Shown piece after piece: positions 24,122-32,068 of a stretch of DNA of 32,068 nucleotides (the stretch's first letter is position 1; each line of letters opens with the position of its first letter). Made by a program: the position numbers and the translations under genes. The DNA is taken from positions 1 through 32,068 of IMG/VR virus record IMGVR_UViG_3300020393_000018. One strand, written 5' to 3'. Under the pieces are notes generated by a model. That model ran no database searches, was not told the DNA's origin, and was given only the letters and a program-made list of their open reading frames with translations. The stretch comes from a virus (Duplodnaviria; Caudoviricetes).

Positions 24122-26581
24122 ATGGCGAGAATTTATAGAGAGCCGACTTTTAATAATCAGTTTAAATCTTTTGCGGAATCTGGTAAATTCGTTACCGAAA
24201 AAAGTTTTAATCCATCAAAACAAATAAGACAAAAAGCAAAAGAAGAAGCACAAAATCTTAAAAGTTTGGCAAGAAATCAACAGCGGCAAGCTGCTGTTAA
24301 TCAAGGATATTTTAATGCAGAGGTAGCAGAAGGATCAGCAAAATTAGCTAAAACTAAAGCTTTGCTTTCTTTTGCAAGTTCTGGAATAAACATCTTAGGT
24401 GATTTAGATAAAACACTACAAGCCGAAAAAGCAAAACAAGAAGGTCTAGACTTTCTAAAACCTGAGCTTGGTGGTTCTATTGTTGAGGATGAGATTCCAA
24501 ATACAAAGTTGGAAGATGTTGCTGAGTTTGAAACAGATCTTACTGAGCAAAGTGCAAACAATGTAGACGCTGCAAAAAGTGTAAGTGGTAATAATGCTGT
24601 TATTGAAGAGGAAATAATATCAGAAACTGCGAACTCAGAAGCAGCAAGATCTTCAACACAAATTACAACATATACAGCAGCGTCAAGTTTAGAAACTGAT
24701 TTAGAAGCTTTTTTAAGAAGCGATACAAAAATAAGATTATCTGATGGAACTATAATTGTTGCTAAAGATGCAACAGTAGACCAGCTACCAATAGTAATTG
24801 ATGTTGGTTTAGATCATGTAACTAAATCTTATTTTCCACATGAACTTAGTGGTAAGACTTTACATGACACATATATACCTACAGCAAAAAGAGTTTACGG
24901 AAGTTTACTAAATAAATTTAATCAAGAAAAAATAGCTCTTGCACAAGAAACAAGAGTACTAGAGCATGTAGATCTTGCTACTGTTGCACTTGATAATGGT
25001 CAACCTATACAAGGTGTAGTTGATAATCTCTTACCTAAATTATATTCATCAGGTGCATACGATTCTAAAGCTGATGCTTTCGAGGCTGGCTTTTCTCATT
25101 TATCAAATTACTATCGTGCAAATCAAGACATTGAAGGTGCGACTGCTTTACTTAATATTTTTAAAGTAAAAAATAAAGATGGCACATATAACGTAGGTAC
25201 AAAACTTGCTGATGATCCTGTCTATAGCATCAAGGTAATGGATCTTGTTGAAAAAATAAGAAATGATAAAAAAAATATCAAAAATGCTACTATCAGTGGT
25301 TTTGAAAAAGATATGTTCGCAAAACTAAGTGGTGTTAATGAAGCAGAAAAAAGAAGAGAAATAGTTTTTGAATCTATCAAAGTTTTAAATGAAGCTGGAT
25401 ACCACAAAGAGGCTGATGAATTAGCAGCGCAAATAGATCAGTTACAAATATCTGACATCCAAAAAGTAGAAGATGCGAACATTTATCAGCAAGTTGTATC
25501 TGGAGAAATAACATCTAAAGACGTATTAGACGAGCAACTTAAACTTTCCGTTATAAGTAAATCTGGATACGACAAAGCTATAGCTGAATTAGACGATAAA
25601 AATCCTGTCATTCCTGATGGTGGTGCAAAAACTTTCACTGATGACGTAATGCAAGGTTATCTTGACAGATTTAAAATAAGAATAGGTGCTGAAGTAAATC
25701 CTTTTGGTGAGGTTTTATTTGCTACAGATGCTGGCTATTTAGATAATGCTAGTGATAGAGCAAGAATTAATGCAGCTTTAGAATTAGATCTTAAAAAAGT
25801 AGCTCTTACAACTTACAAATTAAACAAAGATCAAGGTACAGGAACACAAATAGCAGAAATAGATAAAGCACTAAAAAATTATTTTGAACTGCAAGTAACA
25901 TCAGAAGGTGGTAAGTATTACGTTAAACCTTTTGCAAATGATAATTCTGTTTTTGTGTCTGATGGAACAAGAAAACTTAAGTCATTACTTAAAAGTCCTG
26001 AAAATTTAACTAGAGCTTTTGGTGATAAGAATAGTTCTTTAAAACCTGTAAAGTTTGATTTTAATGCCTCTGACAAAATAACTCTTGAATCAATAGCAAC
26101 ATATAAATCTGGAAGAGGTGATACGATTTTTAAAAAGGATACACATAAAGTTTTTGTAGATGAATATGTACAAAATGGATCTTTTAATCCAACACTAATT
26201 GAAGCTGCTACTGCTGTTGGTATGACACCACTTCAGTTTCTAAATAGACAAAGTACAAATCATGGTTTAGGACAAGTTTATCGTCCACAAACATCCTTAT
26301 CTACAGACAAACCTAACTATGTAGCTTCTACTGAATTTTTACTCAACAAAGGAGTCACAAATAAAGCAGCAAAAATATTAACGGGTAATTTTGACGAAGG
26401 AACATGGCAAGAAATAAGCAGTAATAATTCATTCCTTAATTTTGATACAGAATTTAAAGTAGAAGATTTAGAAACGATTTTGGAAAAACTGAAATTAGAT
26501 CCGAAAACTTATTCAGTAATCACAAATCCTTATGCAACTGATAGGCAAGTACTAGAAGTTGCAAGCGAAATATTTAAATAA
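24122..26581 (+). CDS. Internal virion (ejection) protein gp15-like
   Basis: 819-aa helical ORF between gp14-like and gp16-like genes; called by synteny and size. Confidence 0.72.
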   Translation: MARIYREPTFNNQFKSFAESGKFVTEKSFNPSKQIRQKAKEEAQNLKSLARNQQRQAAVNQGYFNAEVAEGSAKLAKTKALLSFASSGINILGDLDKTLQAEKAKQEGLDFLKPELGGSIVEDEIPNTKLEDVAEFETDLTEQSANNVDAAKSVSGNNAVIEEEIISETANSEAARSSTQITTYTAASSLETDLEAFLRSDTKIRLSDGTIIVAKDATVDQLPIVIDVGLDHVTKSYFPHELSGKTLHDTYIPTAKRVYGSLLNKFNQEKIALAQETRVLEHVDLATVALDNGQPIQGVVDNLLPKLYSSGAYDSKADAFEAGFSHLSNYYRANQDIEGATALLNIFKVKNKDGTYNVGTKLADDPVYSIKVMDLVEKIRNDKKNIKNATISGFEKDMFAKLSGVNEAEKRREIVFESIKVLNEAGYHKEADELAAQIDQLQISDIQKVEDANIYQQVVSGEITSKDVLDEQLKLSVISKSGYDKAIAELDDKNPVIPDGGAKTFTDDVMQGYLDRFKIRIGAEVNPFGEVLFATDAGYLDNASDRARINAALELDLKKVALTTYKLNKDQGTGTQIAEIDKALKNYFELQVTSEGGKYYVKPFANDNSVFVSDGTRKLKSLLKSPENLTRAFGDKNSSLKPVKFDFNASDKITLESIATYKSGRGDTIFKKDTHKVFVDEYVQNGSFNPTLIEAATAVGMTPLQFLNRQSTNHGLGQVYRPQTSLSTDKPNYVASTEFLLNKGVTNKAAKILTGNFDEGTWQEISSNNSFLNFDTEFKVEDLETILEKLKLDPKTYSVITNPYATDRQVLEVASEIFK

Positions 26582-26583
26582 CA

Positions 26584-29500
26584 ATGCCAATATTAGAGAA
26601 TAGGGATTTTGAAGTTTATCCAGATCCCGAAAAAAAAATCGTGCCTCCTATTAATGTAGATGATGGCAATACAGAAAAAACAAACGAAGTAGCTGAACAG
26701 GTAGATCCAGTTCAAGCAGCGAAAAAAGTTGAAAGAAAAGAAGGTTTTGTAACAAAAACAGGTCAAGCATTAGATTATTTAGTTAATTATGATGGCTTAA
26801 CAGCAGATACTACAAATGTGTTAGCTGCTGGTTTAAAAGAGGCTACAAAAAATGTACCTATCCTCAACAACATAACTGAAAATATAGATAAGTTTACTCT
26901 TGGTTCTAAAGAAATGAAGGACTTAGAGGCAAAAATAGCTGAAAAAGAAGCAGAAAAACGTAGAAAGGGTGAAGATACTTTATTAGATAAAACAAATGTT
27001 GTATTAGAAGGTATCGCCTCTGGTATGGAAGGTGGTATAGCTTTACCATTTACCTTAGCTGGCAGACTTACAAACCAAGCAACACCTTGGGCTGATCCTC
27101 CAGCTACTTTAAAAGATAGTCCACTTGGTGAAACTGTTTTTGAAATAGCTCAGATTGTTACTCCTACATTACTTTTTGGTGCTGTTGGAGGAAAAGGTGC
27201 TTTAACTACTGGCACTTCAGGTTTATTAATTGAAAGTGGTATTGAAACTGTTACGCAAGATGCAGCTGATGATTTAATAGCTGGTAGATATTTAGCAACT
27301 AGATTTGGAAAAATAGCTGATAGTCTTGGCTTTGACGGAAATCAACTTGCTATAGATATGATCGAAGGTAAAAATTTTAGAGGTCAAGCATTTGTAGCAA
27401 CTGTTGGATTTATACAAAACTTAGGTATAAACGCCTCAGTAAATAAATTTGTAGATATTTTTAAAAAGTCATCTAAAGTACAACAAAAAGCTTTACTTGA
27501 AGGTGCTGAAGAAAATAAAAATTTATTAGAAGCGGGTACAGACGGTACACCTCCACCAATACAAAAACAACTACCAACATCTGCAATCACAAGACAAGGG
27601 GATGTTATAGATGTAGATGTTATAGACGTAAAAGATTTACCAGAAGGAGTAAAAAAAGCATCAAAAATTTTAGGAACAGATGCTGTAGAAGTTTATAAAA
27701 AAGTAGAAGATGTAAACGAAATACCTTACAACTTTAAAAAAGAACCTCACGATGTGATGGATATTGATAATTCTGTCAATGTATCTAAACCAAGTGAAGG
27801 TAACGTACATACATCTAAAGAAGCATTTCATACAGAAATGGCTAGAGGTTTTCAGCCAGATACAGCCGCTACTAGAGGTCTAAACGAGATTGGCACTGAT
27901 GGTATGACAAGAGCTGATCGTAACTTCTTTACAAACTGGGGATCTTTAACTGACGAAGTTGGTGTACAAAGAGCATTACAAGAAATAACAAGCAATCTAA
28001 ATAAACTAAAAAATTTTCCAGCAGATCTAGATGTAGCACTAAAAAGAGCTAATCATTTTTGGTCAAAAAATGCAAATCTATTAGGTGAAGATATAACAGC
28101 TTTTGCTAGAGAATTTTATAAAGAAGGTGTTGTACCACTTGATCCAAGAAAAAGTCTTAATGATTTTGATGGTATAGATTGGCAAAGAATGTTGAGAGAA
28201 AATGTAAAAATATCTCCAGACTTTTTTGCAGCCGCTGGATTAATGGCTGAAGAATTAGGAGTTAGATTTGCCAAGCAAGCAAGAGTAGTAAGAAATTTAG
28301 ATAATGCCAAGATTGACTTTACTCAAGCTATGGAAACCATGGTTCAGTTAGTTGAGAAGGGTGATTTATTATTAATACCTTTAAGAAGAGGTAAAAGGCA
28401 ATGGGCTGTAGAAGGTATAACTCAACAGAAAAATGTCTTTGAAAAATTAAGAGAAGGATATAAACAACCACTTGGAGCTAAAGATTTACCTACAGACAAA
28501 ATAACTCCACGCGACCTCACACTTATAAAAAAAACAGATACTGATGCTGGTAAAACAATTAGAGAGTTATGGGAAAGTGCTAAAGCTGGAAATACAAAAG
28601 ACCTAGAAACTTTAAAAGAGTATATAGATTATGTTGCTGGCGCACCTCCAGATGAAGTTTTTGGAATGACAAAGAACTTATCTGATGCTTTAAAAAATAC
28701 ACTTAATGTAAATGGTGACTCTATAAGAACTCTTTACTATGCAAAACTTTTAGCAACAGTAAACCCACAAACTGCGGCTGGAGCAACAAACGTAGCTCGT
28801 CTTATATCAGAACCTCTTGGAAATATTGCTTCTCCTATTTTTAGAAAAGGTGGTATCAAAGATGTAATGTATGGATTAGGTCAGTTAGTTGGTACACAGA
28901 GTGCTATAAATGATGCTTTATTTGCATTTAAAAGAGCTGCTAAAAATAATCAATCTATCAACGCAAGTTCAAGAGTATATGAATTATCTAAAACTTGGAA
29001 AAGAAAGTCTTTAGAATTAGAGGCAGCTAAAACTATGTTGCTAGATAAGGTATCTAGAGAGGGTGGTAATAAAACTGAAATAGCAAAGATCCATATTAAT
29101 TATTGGCTGCAAATGGCTATATATAATCCATATACAAACTTTGCTAAAAGATTTTTAATAGCACAAGATGATGCCGCTAATGTTGTAGTTGGTCATCAAG
29201 AAGCAACAGGTAGAGCATTTGTAAAAGCTTACGAAGATGGTGTATTTGATTTAAAAATTAATCCAAAAAATCTTTTTAAAAAAGGTCAACAAGCTATACA
29301 ACAGGGTAAGCAGTTAGAGCAATATGTAAGGCAATCTATGGGTAATATTTTTGAGGATGGAGTTACCCACGGAAGATTAATAGATGAAGGTGTAATACAA
29401 AGAGCTAAAAACTTGACTATGCAAGAAAATATACCAACAGGAAAATATGCAACACCTGTTGATAATTTTTTTAAAGGTTTAGAACAAAATAGTCAAAATG

Positions 29501-30771
29501 CTTTTTTACAAACATACTTCATGCCTTTTGCTAGATTGTCTTGGAACTTTTTAGATACTTTAGGTAGAAGTTTATATGCTGTTGATCCTACAGGATTGAT
29601 GGAAAAAAGTGTGCCTAGATATAAAGCAATCATATCTGGAGAAATGGGAGAAGTCGCAGAAATGCAACTCAAATCTCAAGTAGCTTTTACTCGACTGTTT
29701 GTTATGAGTCAAGCTGGATTAGCCTTAACAGGAAATTTAACTGGTAATTATCCCCCAGATGGTATGCCAAAAAATTCATGGATTATACCAACACCTTGGA
29801 CATCTACTGGTTATTCAGCTATACCACATGACCGTATTCAACCATTTAGTTCTATTGCTTCTATAACTGCTGATTTAGTAACACTTACTAGAGATCAAGC
29901 TATGGGTGAAAAAAAATTCATACAAGCAGTTTCGTTATTTGTAGCGAGTCTTGGTATAGCAGCTTTGGATCAAACATTTTTGAGGGGTCTACAAAACCAA
30001 GTTGAGTATTTAGATCTTAACGGATATGTAAATAAAGAAGGTACAGGTTTAAAACTATCTAGAGTTGGTGCTGATTTGGCTACAAACGTACCACATCCAT
30101 ACAACCCATTATTTTGGGCTGGTTTTACACGTCAATTATTTGATTTTGTACAGCCATATCAAACTATGAACTCTGATCCTAATAATACTGGTAGAGATTT
30201 TTTATCAAGAATTAGAGGTAGAGTTTTAATGGGTGTAGGAAATCCTCTTAAGTACGATAGATATACTGGACAACCTTTAAAGAAATCTGGAAGTCAAGGT
30301 ACAAACTACTTTACTGGTGTTGTTAATAATTTATTTACTACCTTTGGATATGCTGGAAAAATTGTAGAAGCCGATCCTAATAATTTTGTTAAAAAACAAA
30401 TGTATGACGTAGGATTTAATTTTAACAAACCTGAGATCGCACAATATAAAGGACTTGATTTAACAAATGAAGAGCAATCTTCTTTTAACAAATATATGCA
30501 CAGTGAGGGTAAATTAGAAGGTAAATTAAAATTTTTATTTACTCAAAACAAAAAATATAAGAAATTGGTAAGTCAATACAACAAATTAAAAAAAGAAAGT
30601 CCTATCAATATGCCAAATACTCAACTTAATACTTTAGAACTACAAATACATGCAATGATTGAAGCTGTACATAAAGAGGCTAAAGATTTAGCTTTACCTT
30701 TTGTAAAACGAGATCATCCAGAACTAGAACTAAAGTATCAAAATTGGAAGAACCTACAAATTAGACGATAA
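26584..30771 (+). CDS. Internal virion (ejection) protein gp16-like
   Basis: 1395 aa, the largest ORF, immediately before the tail fibre; called by synteny and size. Confidence 0.75.
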   Translation: MPILENRDFEVYPDPEKKIVPPINVDDGNTEKTNEVAEQVDPVQAAKKVERKEGFVTKTGQALDYLVNYDGLTADTTNVLAAGLKEATKNVPILNNITENIDKFTLGSKEMKDLEAKIAEKEAEKRRKGEDTLLDKTNVVLEGIASGMEGGIALPFTLAGRLTNQATPWADPPATLKDSPLGETVFEIAQIVTPTLLFGAVGGKGALTTGTSGLLIESGIETVTQDAADDLIAGRYLATRFGKIADSLGFDGNQLAIDMIEGKNFRGQAFVATVGFIQNLGINASVNKFVDIFKKSSKVQQKALLEGAEENKNLLEAGTDGTPPPIQKQLPTSAITRQGDVIDVDVIDVKDLPEGVKKASKILGTDAVEVYKKVEDVNEIPYNFKKEPHDVMDIDNSVNVSKPSEGNVHTSKEAFHTEMARGFQPDTAATRGLNEIGTDGMTRADRNFFTNWGSLTDEVGVQRALQEITSNLNKLKNFPADLDVALKRANHFWSKNANLLGEDITAFAREFYKEGVVPLDPRKSLNDFDGIDWQRMLRENVKISPDFFAAAGLMAEELGVRFAKQARVVRNLDNAKIDFTQAMETMVQLVEKGDLLLIPLRRGKRQWAVEGITQQKNVFEKLREGYKQPLGAKDLPTDKITPRDLTLIKKTDTDAGKTIRELWESAKAGNTKDLETLKEYIDYVAGAPPDEVFGMTKNLSDALKNTLNVNGDSIRTLYYAKLLATVNPQTAAGATNVARLISEPLGNIASPIFRKGGIKDVMYGLGQLVGTQSAINDALFAFKRAAKNNQSINASSRVYELSKTWKRKSLELEAAKTMLLDKVSREGGNKTEIAKIHINYWLQMAIYNPYTNFAKRFLIAQDDAANVVVGHQEATGRAFVKAYEDGVFDLKINPKNLFKKGQQAIQQGKQLEQYVRQSMGNIFEDGVTHGRLIDEGVIQRAKNLTMQENIPTGKYATPVDNFFKGLEQNSQNAFLQTYFMPFARLSWNFLDTLGRSLYAVDPTGLMEKSVPRYKAIISGEMGEVAEMQLKSQVAFTRLFVMSQAGLALTGNLTGNYPPDGMPKNSWIIPTPWTSTGYSAIPHDRIQPFSSIASITADLVTLTRDQAMGEKKFIQAVSLFVASLGIAALDQTFLRGLQNQVEYLDLNGYVNKEGTGLKLSRVGADLATNVPHPYNPLFWAGFTRQLFDFVQPYQTMNSDPNNTGRDFLSRIRGRVLMGVGNPLKYDRYTGQPLKKSGSQGTNYFTGVVNNLFTTFGYAGKIVEADPNNFVKKQMYDVGFNFNKPEIAQYKGLDLTNEEQSSFNKYMHSEGKLEGKLKFLFTQNKKYKKLVSQYNKLKKESPINMPNTQLNTLELQIHAMIEAVHKEAKDLALPFVKRDHPELELKYQNWKNLQIRR

Positions 30772-30788
30772 AAACTAAACAAAAATAA

Positions 30789-32068
30789 ATGGCACAGACT
30801 GTTGAAACCTATACAGGGGATGGCAGCACCAAACTTTATTCAATACCTTTTCCTTATATAGAACAATCAGACGTAAAAGCAAAAATAAATGGTCAACTTA
30901 CCACAGCTTTTACGTTTGCAAACGCAACTCAACTTGAGTTCACAACCGCTCCCGCTAGTAATACGAAGATAATAATATTTAGACAAACAGATGATACAGC
31001 AGTAAAAAAAGAATTTAGTGCTGGATCAGCTTTAAAAGCAGATGATCTCAATGCTAACTCAAAGCAAGCATTATTTATCAATCAAGAATCAACAAACCAA
31101 GCTGCTAGTACGCTAGGAGCAACATTTGTAGGTGATGTTGAGTTTGGTTTTGGTAATGTTATTAAGTTTGAGGGTGCTACAGATAATGCACATGAAACAA
31201 CTTTAACGGTAACAGATCCAACAGCGGATAGGACACTGAGTTTACCCAACGTCAGTGGTGTACTGGTTTCTACTGGAGATACAGGTACAATCAATTCGGC
31301 TATGATCCTTGATGGAACTATTGAAAGTGGTGACATCAAAAACGGAACAATCGTAAATGATGATATTTCTGGAACAGCAAACATACTGAACAGTAAAATT
31401 GCTGATGGATTACTAAAAAGTGGTATAACTATTAACTCAGCTAATATAGTTAATGGTTCAATCGTTAATGATGATATAAATGCTAGTGCAAATATACAGG
31501 GATCAAAGTTATTAAATGATAGTGTTACCTTAGATAAGCTAGGATCTGGAGCTTTACCGACTGATATAACTGTAGCTTCAGCTAATATCGTTAATGGAAC
31601 TATCGTAGATGCTGATATAAACAGCTCTGCAAATATTGATGGTGACAAATTAAAAAACGACTCTGTATCTCTAGCAAAGCTAGAAGGTGGTGCGCTGCCT
31701 ACAGATATAACTGTTAACAGCACTAATATCGTAAACAGAAGTATAGTCGATGGAGATATAGCATTAGGAACACTAGATAATAGATATTTTACTGAGGCTG
31801 AACTAAACGGTGGTCAGTTAAATAACCTGTACTATACGGAAAGTGAGCTAAATGCTGGTCAATTAAATAATTTATACTACACAGAAACTGAATTAAACAA
31901 CGGACAGCTTAATAACCTATATTTTACTGAGACTGAGCTACAAAATGGTGCATTAGACGGTAGATACTACACAGAAACTGAAGCTGAGGCTAGGTTTTTA
32001 AGACAAGACAGCTCAGAAACTATTGCTAGTGGACAAACTTGGTCTAACTCAGACGCATTTGTAGCTAC
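30789..32068 (+). CDS. Tail fibre protein (gp17), truncated by window end (not in ORF track)
   Basis: MAQTVETYTGDGSTKLYSIPFPYIEQSDVKA...IFRQT...F..GS.LKADDLN.N..Q.LF..QE is the T7 tail-fibre N-terminal anchor; the frame is open to the window edge. Confidence 0.95.
   Translation, partial: MAQTVETYTGDGSTKLYSIPFPYIEQSDVKAKINGQLTTAFTFANATQLEFTTAPASNTKIIIFRQTDDTAVKKEFSAGSALKADDLNANSKQALFINQESTNQAASTLGATFVGDVEFGFGNVIKFEGATDNAHETTLTVTDPTADRTLSLPNVSGVLVSTGDTGTINSAMILDGTIESGDIKNGTIVNDDISGTANILNSKIADGLLKSGITINSANIVNGSIVNDDINASANIQGSKLLNDSVTLDKLGSGALPTDITVASANIVNGTIVDADINSSANIDGDKLKNDSVSLAKLEGGALPTDITVNSTNIVNRSIVDGDIALGTLDNRYFTEAELNGGQLNNLYYTESELNAGQLNNLYYTETELNNGQLNNLYFTETELQNGALDGRYYTETEAEARFLRQDSSETIASGQTWSNSDAFVA
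31425..31760 (+). repeat. 141-bp (47-aa) tandem repeat in tail fibre, about 2.4 copies
   Basis: Units start at 31425, 31566 and 31707: IT..S.NIVNG.IV..DIN.SANI.G.KL.NDSV.L.KL..GALPTD. Confidence 0.85.
31773..31985 (+). repeat. 45-bp (15-aa) tandem repeat in tail fibre, about 5 copies
   Basis: Units start at 31773, 31818, 31863, 31908 and 31953: L(D/N)(N/G)(R/L)Y(Y/F)TE.EL..G. Confidence 0.9.

Noticed and set aside
27601-27630. Short tandem repeat GATGTTATAGATGTA (also ACGACGAGT near 5928)
   Set aside because: Two copies only, explained by low-complexity peptide (DVIDV, DEY).
24122-30771. Lytic transglycosylase domain in gp15/gp16
   Set aside because: I could not recognise a catalytic motif by eye; an HMM or structure search is needed.
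2085-31723. All minus-strand ORFs in the track (e.g. 2085-2426, 15027-15410, 18163-18366, 31082-31723)
   Set aside because: They are antisense shadows of well-supported + strand genes, with no motifs; T7-like genomes are co-directional.
31773-31985. CRISPR-like regularly spaced repeats
   Set aside because: The period is exactly 45 nt in frame, the units are degenerate at third codon positions, and there are no unique spacers; it is a protein repeat.

Overview
This window is most of a T7-like cyanopodovirus genome (Autographiviridae, P-SSP7-like; the hli gene and low GC suggest a Prochlorococcus-type host). All real genes lie on the + strand in T7 order. The early region holds an ArdC-family antirestriction gene in its own promoter/terminator cassette, a single-subunit RNA polymerase, a MarR-like regulator, a tyrosine integrase and a candidate attP. 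The replication and nucleotide block holds SSB, endonuclease I, primase-helicase, thioredoxin, family A DNA polymerase, an EndoVII-type HNH nuclease, exonuclease, DUF3310, a MazG-like protein and class I RNR alpha/beta. The virion block holds portal, scaffold, hli, capsid, tail tubes A/B, internal proteins gp13-16 and a tail fibre that runs off the window. The most interesting signals are not in the ORF track: (1) a glutamine-II (Downstream-peptide) riboswitch in front of an 18-aa YRG peptide just before the capsid gene; (2) a perfect NtcA box upstream of the RNA polymerase operon, which with (1) suggests a nitrogen-sensing control circuit; (3) a recurring intergenic motif, GTGTACACYTMG, that is either the phage promoter or the MarR operator; (4) a structured promoter-terminator unit over a degenerate tRNA-Leu-like attP; (5) no psbA at its usual locus. 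All product calls come from motif recognition and synteny, not database searches.
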